Shown: positions 51,035-63,205, counted from the stretch's first letter. The stretch is DNA of 64,000 bases from Podarcis tiliguerta (GCA_965153285.1 OZ229115.1); one strand, 5' to 3'. Program-made: numbers and translations. Notes: a model not told the origin generated them from the sequence alone.

Positions 51035-51180
51035 CCGTGCTTTTTTTCTAAAAAAATGTTTAGGGGTACTCTCATTTTCTTACTCATATGGAGATACTGC
51101 CCCTCAATGAGGCCAAAGTTAGATTCACAAAATGTTTAGGGGTATGCAAACCCCTGCATCCCCCCAGAAGAAAAGCACTG
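51035..51180. mobile_element. hAT-family MITE, second copy (inverted relative to 16138)
   Basis: Ends ccgtgcttttt / aaaagcactg with an 8-bp TSD gaaataag/gatataag (1 mismatch). Confidence 0.85.
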
Positions 51181-51399
51181 GATATAAGCTTGAACTTTCT
51201 GTTTACAAGGGAGACAATATCGGGGTACTTCCGTCCCTGCTAATTGCAAAGTTATCTTTCCAAATTTTGTTAGCTTGAGCGGCTAGCTTGCCATTTTCCT
51301 GCTCATTTCTCAAAGTCTCTGCAAGTTAAAATCCTGCTTGGGGAGCAGAATGCATCTTGTCTGTAGTTGTACAGGAATGCATGTACACGTATGAACACT

Positions 51400-52210
51400 T
51401 AAGACGCAGGGAGGCAGCCTTGATGTGACGACAGGGGTCTTGCAAGCATTTAGCAGTGTCCCTGTTTCCTTCGCCGACTTGCCGGAGGATTTGCTTGCGT
51501 AAAAGCATGTGCCTTCCGTGCTTCTCTTCAAAACACAGACGTCCACTAAGGGGGCAGATTTTGGGGGAGACGCCGAGCGACGGGAGAGGAAGTGCTGCTT
51601 TGTGCCGGGGACGTTTATAGCCCAGCGATGGGGATATGGGGAGTGAGCAGTTGAGTCTCGGGAATCCGGCTCCTGGGGGTGTTAGAGGAGGGGCTGAGGG
51701 AGATCGCATCAAGCCGAGTGGTATTTGCGGCGCGAAGAAGGAAGCGTGGTAGCAAAAGAAAAAGTCCCGAGTCCCAGACCGCTCTTTGCCGCCCCGTTGC
51801 CATGAGAACAGCTTCCTCCCCTTGAACTCTCACCCCGCGCAGGCCGCGGCGATGCCTGGTCACATGATCGGAGCTAACATGGCGGCGGCCGCTGTTATGG
51901 GGAGCTGATTGCAGGTGCCGGGGCCGTTGCCTGCATCCGCCCTCATCCCCGGCCATGCAGAGCGAGAGAAGGGAACCCGGTGGTCGAGAAGAGGTGTGAG
52001 CGGGGCGCGTCTGAGAGGCCGGAGCGTCTCTGGGGACGGAGCCGCTAGGGCAGGAGATGGGGCTTGTTTACATCCGAACGGGGGTTGGGCCATCATCCCT
52101 GAGGTGGGAGGGGTCTGCTTATATCCATATCCATAAACTTGGAGGGTGTATTTTTTTTCATTTAAGGACGAGGCATACCCTCCTCCCCTCTTCGGGGCCG
52201 TGCAGAACGG
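51400..52210 (+). promoter_or_regulatory. Intronic CpG island, probable internal promoter and alternative first exon of RNF220
   Basis: The only long GC-rich, CpG-dense block in an otherwise CpG-depleted window. Motifs: E2F-like TTTGCGGCGCGAA 51724-51736, RFX X-box GTTGCCATGAGAAC 51796-51809, E-box GGTCACATGATC 51858-51869, YY1 AACATGGCGGC 51876-51886. Confidence 0.8.
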
Positions 52211-52761
52211 CTTTGTTTATCTAAGGATGACACGGGTCCCTGGAGGGGAAAGACCAGGAGGAGGTTGTTTATCTTTGGTATCTAGGAAATAAGGGCAATA
52301 CAGGTATACTTGTTCATTTGTAGGGAGATTAATCTATAGCTAAGCCAAAGCTAGACTGCAGGCTGCTTTTCCCCGTACAGTAGTCTTGTAGGCTGAGGAA
52401 TTAGGGAGTGGGGAAGTGGTATGGAACCTTGCAAGCAGTTGGGATAAACAGGGCGCCTACATTTGGGGTGCTGTGGATATCTATATTTGGAGAACAGCCA
52501 AATCAGAGGAAATGTGGGTGTATTTGTGTTTGAAGAAGTTATCTGGGGAAGGTTAAATTGTGGTATTGGTTTGAATTGGTAAATGGAGGCAACGCCCAAA
52601 AGGGAAGTTTGTCAGGTAGATGAGAGTGCTGTGGTGGATTTTTCTAATCTAATTCCCCCATACACTTCCCAAGACTGCTTCTCAGAATGGGGTAAATAAC
52701 TCTGTGGTTTTCTCACCAGCAAGTTCCTAATGCTTTTTTGCTCCTGATCTTCTCTTAACAG

Positions 52762-52804
52762 ACCTTCTTGCGAGTGAGGGCAAACAGACAGACCCGGCTG
52801 AATG
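52762..52804 (+). CDS. RNF220: RNF220 coding exon (43 bp; TFLRVRANRQTRLN(A))
   Basis: Acceptor cttctcttaacAG and donor GTGAGT at 52805. Identical to recalled RNF220 TFLRVRANRQTRLNA. Confidence 0.96.
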
Positions 52805-55800
52805 GTGAGTGCAGCAGAAATCCTGTACCATTTCCCCCCTTGTTCCGAGATGAAGACTTTCATTATCTGGGCCTAACAAGTATAATGCTTCCTTTCTTTA
52901 CAAGATTCCTGAACTAAATATGCCCCAAAGGGTTAAAGCTTCAAATCAATCATTTGTATTCCTAACACGTTTTGTTCCTCTCTGAACCCTGTCTTAAGTT
53001 GCTGCCCCTGGTTTACATTTATGTAGGCCTCCCAATGACATTGGTTTTCAGGCAGCTTGCAAACATGAAATATAATGCGGTAAAACAACAATTGCAGGAA
53101 AATATTGTCAGCAAAGGCAAGAGAGAGAATCATTTACTCAACATTATTAAAACACACCATGTGGAAGCAGTAGATTACAGTTCAAAACTTTAAATAATCA
53201 CAGATCTGAAAATGCTTGGGAGAATTATTTTTTTTAAGTATTTTACTTGTCATTGAAATGGCCATAAAGACGTGGCAAGCAGGCCTCTCTGAGGGGGGCA
53301 TGGCATAATTGGGGTACCACCACTTCTTATTAAATGGCCTGGTTGATATTTCAAAGGAGAAATTATCAATGCCAAGTAGAAGAATTGTTTTACTGCTTGC
53401 CATTTTAAAAATAATGATTTTCTTATGGGTGTAATGAGATTAGTCTTTTTTCCCAATGGCATTGTTTTCACTTGGTTACCTGCTATAATCTCCAGCTGTC
53501 AACAATACCTGCTTACAGCTAAAAAAATACATACAACTATAATTCCTGTTTGTTTCATTTATTACAACTTTTTTTTTAATTCCATCTTTCAACACCCTCC
53601 CCCAATGCTGTTTTGAAACAATGTGCAGGATAAAAGCCTTTAATATCTCACCTGGTTATATGGACCTGATACCTCAGTAATTTGCAACTTGGAGCTGAAC
53701 CTAACTATTACTACTGTGTATGTAATAGCAGATTCCATAATTTTTGGTCTTAGGATAGACCTGCCTTCAGAGAAGTAATTAATTCAAGATGTACTTTGTA
53801 ATTTTTATCCAATAGTACATAAAACACAGTGTATTGTCACTAAGTAGGAATAATTTTTCAAACATTTTATATAGTGACCCTTTATTTTAATTGATTCTAC
53901 TTCCACTGCCAGTGAACAGAAAAACATGTACTTTTATCATCTTTAATTTGGTCAAGAGTAAAGATTATGAAAATTCATCCCTGAGAAGTTAAGAGCAACT
54001 TTAAATTATCCTGACAGTGCAAGAGGAAATTTTCCTTGAATTCTTGAATGCCAGCAAGATTCAGAGCTGTAACATACTATGTTGGATAAAAGGAGAGAAC
54101 TCTTGAATTAATGAGGACTGTGCACTATGTAGTGAATACACGTGATCTGACTTTCACATACACAACTACAATATATTTCTGCTACTGAATGATTCTGGGA
54201 TATGATTAATGAATACAATTGCAGTATTCTATTGATCATCTTGCAAACATTCCCTTAGGGCACTTGCAGCTATTACTGGAAATGATTATTGCAGAAATGC
54301 TAATATTTTTCAAAAGAATATGATCATTTTTGAAAGCAGACCTAGGTTTTGCCAAATATATTGTATGTTGGCTGTATTTGGACATAATTCTAAACCAGCA
54401 TTCCCCAACTGGTTGCCTCCAAATGCTTTCAACTTCATTTCCCATCTTCCCCAACCACTGAGTACACTGGCTGGGGTTAATGTGAGTTGGCATTCAAAAA
54501 ATCTGGAGAGCATCAGATTGGAGAAGGCTGTGCTAAATCATGTTCTTGCATTATAAGAACAAACCTCCGTAAACCTTGGGCCAGTATACCCAACCCAACC
54601 CTCTGGCTTGGCTATAACAGGAAGATCATCACCAGTTTAACATGTTGTATAAACCATAAGCTGTCATTAGTTTTAACTGTGGTTGGCTTAAATAAATTAT
54701 CATCACAGACGTATGATATGAAGTTGTCTTGTTTCCACTAACTATAGTTTGACCTAGTTCAGAGGACACAGCAATCTGCAATGCATCTAAAACCAGCATT
54801 GAAAATTTCCAAACTCTTCTGCATGGCTGTGGTAGTGATAGGGGCGTGAGTCCTGGGCAACCTGTTGTTCGTTTTTTCAATGCTAAAGTGTGGTTTAATA
54901 TTGCATCTAAACCATTTCATTGTCTCTGTGTTAGATCATTGTGAGTGTTTGGTGTCCCAGCATAAACGTGCTCTTCTTCCTCATTATCTTTACCAACTGC
55001 TGTGTTGTGTTAGTTGTATATCTTATGGTATTTGAAGAACAGCTAAAGTTATAGGATAGTTGGGAGTCTAAAATCAGCAAGGAAAAGACTGGAGCTTGGG
55101 TCTTAAGTTCTACAGTGCTTTGATTTTGCTTTGATTTGTTAAGTCACATAACATACAAGATTCACATTCCTCTTTCAGTCCCCCACCCCACCTTTTCTAT
55201 GTACCTGAACACCATTACAGTTTCATTCTTTGGAATACTTTTATTAGTCAAGCAGAACTAGTCCAGCCATAAGCTTAAGTAACAAGAATGATTATCTGCC
55301 TAGGATTAGCAATATATGAGTAGTTCAGAATCCTTCAGATTGCTTTACACTTGCTAAACAACTTAATCAACTCTTGTATTTTTGTTCATCCTTCCTTCAG
55401 GTTATTTTTAGTCTAGATTGGCACTTTCTGTAGACATAGGCAGTTCATTTATCTTTTTACTTTGGGGTTCCACTGAACTCTCAGGATAGAAATCTGTCAT
55501 TGAGAATGTATTTTCCCACACCACTGTTTCCAAAGTCTCTCTCTCTTTGTAGTCTTTTACAAGGACTTAGTCAAGATGTCTTTGAAGATCCAGGTGTGGT
55601 AAAATTCTCTTTGCAGATCCTCCCCTTCAACTAACTCATTTTTTTTGGAAAATCAGTAACACTTCCAGCAACACAGAGGTTATTGTAAAGAGAATAGAAA
55701 TCAACTGATCTCTGCCAAGTGGAGGAAGTGAGTAGATTAGCTTGCTGTTCCTCTCTCTATACTTTATGTGAATGGGCTAATGTCTGTACCTTGGAGAGTG

Positions 55801-55904
55801 CTGTTGCAAACTCATTCCCATGGAGACACTATAGAACAGAGTATTGGATTAGATGGGCTTTCGGCCTGATCCAGGAGGACTGTTATTATGGTTTCAGTTG
55901 ATGG

Positions 55905-56400
55905 TCTAAAGCTGATGGAAGGCACTCTGTGCCACTGAAGTCACCTGAGCCTCAAGGGACAGCAAAGGGTCCAGAAGCACCACCAAGCTATGTATCCGCT
56001 CCTTGAGCGGGATTATAACCCCATCAAGAGCAGGCAGCCTCCCATTCATCTAGTCTAAGGAACTACCCACTAACAATGCCTCTGCCTTATCTGGATTGAG
56101 GTTCAGTTTATTGGCTCTCACCCAGTCCATTACCGAGGCAAGACAACAGTCCAGCACATCCACTGCCACACCTGCAGATATAAAGGAGCAGCAGAGCTGT
56201 AAGTCATCATCAGATTGCTGATAATGTACTTCAAAACTCTGGATAACCCCAGCCAGCAGTTTCATGCAGATGTTAAAAAGCATAGGGGATAAAATTGAAC
56301 CCTGAGGAACCCCACACTGAGGGCTCCACATTGCTAAAGAGCACTTCGCAAGCATCACCCTCTAGAAACAACCATCCAAGTAGGACCAGAACCACCGCAA
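55905..56400 (-). mobile_element. L2-clade LINE ORF2 reverse-transcriptase fragment (decayed)
   Basis: ORF 56050-56358 contains GVPQGSILSPMLFNI, a decayed YADD (QQSDDDLQL) and WVRANKLNLNPDKAE. Confidence 0.9.
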
Positions 56401-58303
56401 ATTGGCCCACCCCTATCTCGGACAGCTGCCAAAACTGGGCCTAACCACCATTTGAAGTTGGTCTAGAAAATCAGGTGAATAGGAGGCTTTGCCTGTACTA
56501 GATATTGCATGAGATAAAACTTACTTTTAGGTTTGTTTGTTTCTACACTCTATTCCAAGACTTAGTCAAAGGCCTTAGACCTTTGTGCCTCAAATAATTT
56601 AGCAAATAGTGATAGCTGCAAAAGGTGCACCACCTCTTTATCAGCAGAATTAGAGGTGTTGGAAAGATATGTCTTTGAAAAATCTTTGACCTTGATATTG
56701 CTGTCCACTTAGAGTAGTTGTATGCAAAGATGGGGTGGTAAATTACACATATAAAGGGGTGCAACAGCAGATCTTTAAGGATGGGCAGTTTCACATGAGA
56801 CAGTCCTTCATGTAGCTTGGTTTCAAGCCGTTTAGAGTTTTATAGGTAACAACCAGCACTTTGAATTATGTTCTGAAATGGATTGGAAATTAATGTTGCT
56901 GATGGAATAAAAGGTTCACATGATCCCATCACTTTGAAGTGTTGAAGAACCAACGTGATCATTCCTCAGATACAATCATGTACACTCTCCCAAACATAGG
57001 ACCTTCATTTTTACTTCGTGGAAACAAACTCTAGTTTGCCCAGTAACTCTCAAACCTTGCTTCAAGCTATCAGTCATGAACATCTCAGTTTGTTTTTGTG
57101 TTTGACTTGGACCAGTCCCAAGCAGATTGGTCTGAAGCAGAACGGAACAATGCTGGAAAGAAGAAAGTTTTGTCCAGGGCTCAGATCCCTATATTCCCAT
57201 AATTAATCACATAAATTATCAAGGCTGTTTGTCACTAAAAAATCAAATCAAATCTTATAGACTCTTAAAAAACCCCCACAACCTCTAGAGGTAAAAAGGA
57301 AAGGAAGAAAGCATGCAAAATGTATATAATGTGAGAAAAAAATGCAAGGCCTAGTTATAAGAATGCCCAAATAGTTTAAATATCACTCTATTAATTAGTT
57401 GTAAAGTAACATGTTTTAGTGGTCACATTTGCACCAAGTTTTAGAAAATATATGAAGAACTAGTAATGAGGAAAAAATATACTAAAATTAATTATTTGGC
57501 ATTTCTAAATGATTAAATTAAAAAATTGGCATTTTTAAATTATTTAAATCAATTCACCCTGACAAAAGTATGTCTTAATATCCAGAAATCCTAATGCATC
57601 TCACAACAAACTGTTCAGGTACCCTGTTAGACCTCATATCAGCACTGAACTTGGGTCATGCATGCAGTCTTGTCCAGCACAAGAAACTGAAAAGGAGAGG
57701 ACTTGAACCAGTTATGATTGGCAAGCAGTCAGGACTGAGTGAGGAATCTGCCGGCATGGCATCTTTAGCAGCAGCAGGCAGATGGAATCTGCTCTAGAAG
57801 CTTCAGGATGAATAAATGGATAGAAGAAACAAGTTAGGGAGCTAGAAGGGATATTGACTGGGCCTCTTTAGCTCAACTGGGTGCCTAGGATAGATGGGGT
57901 GCAGAGTTCAAGCTTGGGTTTTTGTGCATAAATGGCAGACAAAACATTGATCAAGCATTGATCAAGATAGGTATGTAAGAGAACTCAGTATGAATTCCAT
58001 GCTTCCACCCAGCAGCTGAGCTCAGTTTCAGAAGAGTTCCAGGGATCAGCTGCACAGTACATATGGAGGCATGGCAAGATAAAGGCAGGGGATTTGTGAG
58101 AAAATGAAGCAGAATAAGAAAAGACTTCAGAAAAGGAGGAGTGCTCCCATGCCCAGTACGAATCATGAGAAGCCTACTTGTTTCCTAGAAAGACCTGTCA
58201 ATCAGGAGCATAACACATGATAAACTCCCTTAATAGAGCAAGAAAACAAGAGCCTGATAAACATGTCAGTAGCATAAAAGATTGAGACTAGCATTAGTTC
58301 TTC

Positions 58304-58704
58304 TATCTGCAATACCTCAAGGACCACCTCTCTCCATATGAACTCCCTTCGACCCTGAGATCATTTTCTGAGGCCCTTCTTCGTGTGCCTCCTCCACAAG
58401 AGGTCTGAAGGGTGGCAAAACGAGAATGAGCCTTTTCTGCAGTGGCTCCCCATTTGTGGAATGCTTGCCTCAGACTGGCACCTTCATTATACACTTTTAG
58501 GAGCCAGGTGAAAATGTTCTCTTTAACCAGGCCTTTGGCTGTTTGACATCTGATGCTCTTTAAAAGTGTGTTTTGGAAGTGGGGGTTATTGAGTTCTTTG
58601 TGTTTTTATTATGTATTTTGTGTCTTTTATGTTGTGATTTTATGTTGTGAACCGCCCTGAGATCTACAGGTATAGGGTGGTATTCATTTTATAAATAAAT
58701 AAAT
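58304..58704 (+). mobile_element. L2-like LINE 3' end
   Basis: tacctcaaggaccacctctctccatatgaa...gtggctccccatttgtggaatgc...gtgaaccgccctgag...(aaat)n tail. Confidence 0.8.
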
Positions 58705-61700
58705 TGGATCAACAAAATAGAGGCTGTCACAGATGAGTGTTCAGTGTGGAAGGGCAGGTCTCCCCCTGTATTTTAGGGTCCAGGCATAACAGAGCAGCTG
58801 AAGTAACTTTTTGCTGCAACTCAAAGGCCAAAGTCAGTGTAGTCCAGGGTGAGCCACGGCCATAATGAAGAGGGAAATTTGGCAAGATAGATTGCTTGAC
58901 ATTATGGACACACTGGTGCATTGGCATCATTGTTGTAATATAAGTGGCCTCCTTGCATCCTGGGTGGGAACTGGAATAAAGAAGCTTTTTTTTTAAAGAA
59001 GAGATCCGCAATGAGGGACATTTAAGTGAAAGTCTCTCATGCTGTTTTATATTCAGATTTTTTTAAAAAAAGCCCTGTGACTTAAGGGTAAGGAAAAATC
59101 AACCCAGCCCCCCTCTTTGCTCCTGCGACAGGAATACAGGGGAGAAGGATTAGCGAGCTAATTAGAAATGATTGCATCTATCAGCACTAATTAACAATAC
59201 TGTGGTCTCACTTGTGTGTTCTTTTGAGCTGTTCTCCTTCGGGACAGCTCAGCAGTTGCCCCCCTTCCTCTGGGGCTCCTCCATCCCTCCTACGTTGATT
59301 AGAAGTGATAGTTGAGCTCTATAGTAGCAATTGGAAATGCTGTTCAGTGGCTTTCAAACAGCCCCCGTTTTTTTTCTCTCACACTCCAGATCTACCTCTG
59401 CCTGTATCAAGCTACTGCAAAAGGTGTTGGAACAGAAACTTTTTGTTAGCTCTTCTTCACTCCATTTACACTTTTGTTCATGCTGCTCTTACTTTGTGAG
59501 CAAAGCAATTTTTCTTTGCCCAGTGTCTCATGGGTCTCTAAGGTGGACTGTGTTGCTTAGAGCCCCTAATGCTCTTATTTGCTGGATGTTGTTGAAAAGG
59601 TTGCCAGCTGAGGCACAAAAATCCTTTGCATTAGTACTGTGAGTCATGATAGCACACAAGCAATGATGGCAGAAAAATCTGCTGACGTATAACCGATTCA
59701 AAAAGATTAAGGATCAGTATAATGACAGGTCTAAAAGTTTTGCAAGGGCACTTAAAATTCAAGTTTAGTTTTTCATTAAGTGGACTTTTAAGTTTATAGA
59801 AATGATTATTCATGGACCCTGAGTTTTTATGAAGTGGTTTTCAAGTTCTGTTTCCGTTATTCTCACACCAGACTTATGGAATAAGTTACATTATGTCCAT
59901 AGGGTTTGCAGTAAAATGTTTTACAAATCATGCCACTGGGAGTCAACAGGGAATGTTGCCCCAGCTGCTCCTTGAGGGCAATGAGAAATATTTCTGAAAT
60001 CCAGGTGGTTCGAACCATGCCTCATACATACTGAGGATCTGAGCGAGTATGACATCGGAGGGGAGTCGTTATTGGCTCTGGATTTGGTAGTTGAGACCCA
60101 CAAATGCAAGTCAGGTGGGTAAGACATACAGATTTAGGACAGATTTGCAAATCATATTCCTTGGGTGAATTAGGATTACCTTCACTTGCCAAAGTGAGAG
60201 AGCCCTGTGTGCAGCTTCTTGTGGGAGGGCTCTTGCTTCCACCTTGGAATAAACAGCCTAGTGATAATGGTAGCTGCACCTCTCTGCCCTGTGTTCTTCA
60301 GGTGGGGAGAGGAGCTCTAGAGTAGTTGGAGTGAGGATAGTGGGGATGGCTCAGGCAAATGGATTGCAGGTGGATGTCTGATCCTCCTCTGCTGATTAAC
60401 TAGCCTGTATTGCCAGCCCAAAGTTCTTGAATTTGCTTATATGTTAACTCCAGAGAAAAAGGCCCCAAACAGGGGGGGGAAAATACTTTTATTGAGTCAA
60501 CATTGGTCTGGTTAAAAGCTTTTGCTGGGTTCCTGTATTGCCTCCTTGGATTATGACTAAAAGCCTACCCTGCTTATGGCATTTGTCTTACTTTCCAGTG
60601 CCTCCCTTAATTTAGTTTTTGGGTCCTTTCTTCCCACTTGGTGTGTGCAGCATCTCGTTCTCGCAGTGCAGTTGCAATACATTACAATTTCTGCAGCAAA
60701 CTGGCAGGCTCATAATGTCAATAATTGTTACTGCATTAAGTGACTTCTCTGTCATGTCATCTCTTGTTACTACACAGAATATCCTTGGGCTCTTATTTTG
60801 GTCTCTGTCAGAATTCTGACCTTCCTTATTAAGTTGTTCATTTCCCCTGTCTGTGATTGAAATATCTGATAATATTTGCTTAAAGCCATCTCTCTTAATG
60901 ATCAATGTTGTTTTAATCCAAATTTTTCAGATGTTTTGTCCACATTTAATGAGGGTTCAAATTAATCAGCAGTTTGGTAAAGGAAAAAGTTCACCAGAGG
61001 GGCATGTCTCTTGAGCCTACAATAGAATTTTCTCCCCAAAAAGCAAACTTCAAGCTCCATGATTGGAATTACTTGTATATATTCTGCATTGCTTCTGCTT
61101 GTAGTCATTTTGAGATGAGATGTAGGAGATTAGGGATAGAACCTGAAATTGTAGGATTGAGCAAAGAGTACAAATAGGGATAGAGGGACACGGTGCTGTT
61201 CTAAGTGAAATCTTCTGAGCACAATTAAGTCCAGTATAGTCCTGCTGTGATTTCTAAATATTTACTGGAAACTGCCTGTGTGTGTTTGGGTCTTTTCTCC
61301 ATATTTCAAAGCCTGCTTACCTTTTAAGCAGAAGCTCTCTTTCATAATTATAGAAATCATTTTGACAGAAACCCTTCTTTCTGAGATCTTCACAGCTGTG
61401 CAGATTACTAGGCTCTTGGGGCTTCCCATTTATACTGATTGGTGTCTTTTCTTAGAGCAAGCTTCAGGTAGTCATGTTAGTCTGCAGAAGTGTTTTGTGG
61501 CATCTTTTATAGCAGTTTGAAAACTGTTCTCTAGTCAGTATATTGTAAAACACAACTATTGAATAAGTCTGATTAGGAACAACGGAGGCAAAAATAAAAT
61601 TGATGACTTATCCTAGGGTGGATTCAGGAGGCGAATAGGACCCAACTAGTATCTTCATCCCAACAGTGTGGGTTTTGTATTTGCAAGAGATGCTGAACAT

Positions 61701-62346
61701 GAAAATAGTGGTTCTTAGGCTTTCCCGGGGGGGGGGGACAGTATTATAAAGATAATGGAATCAGATATGCCCTTTTGAGGGCAAGGCACTTGGTTTGTGT
61801 TTGACTTAATTTCTACTGTGCCGTGAGGATGGTCGCTGTTTTTGTTCACTAGGGGGGCATTTGGTTAAATTCATTAAAGGTTCTGTAACTGCACAAGATG
61901 AAACTTGAGCACAGCTCCTCAAGATGAAGCAGGTGGAGTGTGGTGGGGAGCAAACCACTGAGGCTCGGTGGAGGAAAGAGCAAATGTTTGCCTTGAAACC
62001 TTGCATCTATATCACACTCACTCTTTGTAGCTTTCAGTTGTTCATATTGTTTAATACCTACAAAGCACCTGCAGTTTTAAAGTTCCCTATGTATCTTAAA
62101 TTAAGCTCACAGATTCACAGTCTTAATAGACATAATACAAAAGAAAAAAAGAAGGGAGAAGCAAGTGAGCATTGGAGCAGCAGGTCCTTTATTGGCCAAT
62201 GGATGGGGCCAGGTTGGTCTCCCCATTGCCAGTGTTCTTTCTGAAAGGCATGAGATGAAGCCTCACAGGGGCTCTAGGCTTCCTCAGTCACTGGGCAACT
62301 ATATAACCCATTGTGTTTTTCTTTTCTCTCTGCTTTCCTCGCATAG

Positions 62347-62390
62347 CTCGGATTGGAAAAATGAAACGGAGGAAGCAAGACGAAGGACAG
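62347..62390 (+). CDS. RNF220: RNF220 coding exon, short form (44 bp; (A)RIGKMKRRKQDEGQ, basic NLS-like cluster)
   Basis: Acceptor ctttcctcgcatAG and donor CAG|GTATGT at 62391. The phase 1 start completes the G|CT Ala codon. Confidence 0.95.
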
Positions 62391-62468
62391 GTATGTCCCC
62401 TCTGCAGCCAACCTCTCTCAGGATCCGAGGAGGAGAGGAGTAGGCATGTCGAACAATGCCTTGCAAAG
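62391..62468 (+). CDS. RNF220: RNF220 alternative 5'-splice extension (78 bp; VCPLCSQPLSGSEEERSRHVEQCLAK, C2HC/UBZ-like zinc finger)
   Basis: The open frame continues through the first donor to a second donor AAG|GTAGAA at 62469. The 78 nt keep the frame and encode a C-x2-C-x13-H-x3-C pattern. Confidence 0.75.
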
Positions 62469-62934
62469 GTAGAAGCACTGAGGGAACCCTACTGCCTCTC
62501 TCTCATTTCTTCCTACCCTCTGCTACTCCTGTGATCTGGGTAGAAACCAAATTTGCAGATTGAAGTCCACATGGCCATGTAGATCTGTACTTGAGTTCTA
62601 TCTTGGAAGTTTGGAGTTCTGTCTTGAAGTCTGGATTTGGCAATCTCATTACTCTAAAGACAGTTTTCCTAACCTTTCAAATGAGAAGGGATAGCAGGTG
62701 CTATTTTTGACTGTTAACTAGGAGACCGCCTGGCTTACTGCTAGACTTTGGTTATATCAGACAACTGTGGTTTAACCAAAATCCAGCAAAGCTCAGAGAT
62801 GGACATAGATTGGAGAGAAGATGGTTATCAGAAAGTTTCTAATAGACAGTAGTTTTTCTCCCTCATATAATAACTAGAATCCTCAGTCATCCTATGAAAG
62901 TGAATATGATGCAGCACATAGTTAATCTGCAGAA

Positions 62935-63205
62935 TTCTCTGCCACAGGATCTAATGATAGCCATCAACTTGGATGGCTTTAAGAGGGGATTAGAAAAAAT
63001 CAGGCTTTCAGTGGCTACTAGTCATGATGGCTTTGTATTACCTCTGGTATCAGAGGCAGCATGTCCCTGAACACCAGTTGCCCACAAGTGTGTTCTTGTC
63101 CTGCTTGCAGGTTTTCCTGTAGGAATCTGGTTGGCCACTGTGAGAACAGGATGCTGGATTAGATATGCCTTTGGTCTAATCCAGCAGGTTTCTTCTTCTG
63201 TTCTC
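62935..63205 (+). mobile_element. CR1-like 3' fragment (second family)
   Basis: gccacaggatctaatgatagccatcaacttggatggctttaagaggggattaga...gttggccactgtgagaacaggatgctggattagat...ccagcagg. Confidence 0.65.

Noticed and set aside
51906-51908. In-frame TGA as a selenocysteine codon
   Set aside because: No SECIS is assessable (the 3' UTR is outside the window), RNF220 is not a known selenoprotein, and there is no redox-motif context.
56050-56358. Reverse-transcriptase ORF as a novel RT or retron-like system
   Set aside because: It is a decayed L2-clade LINE fragment with the catalytic YADD degraded, and it is truncated.
61840-61860. Possible CTCF sites at about 61846 (tcactaggggggca) and about 51543 (ccactaagggggca)
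   Set aside because: The spacing is off by one from the CTCF core, too weak to call without a PWM score.
137-62244. The many 60-185 aa ORFs in the six-frame track as independent genes
   Set aside because: They have low-complexity or random composition, often non-ATG starts, and no splice-consistent structure. Only those overlapping RNF220 exons or LINE remnants are interpretable.
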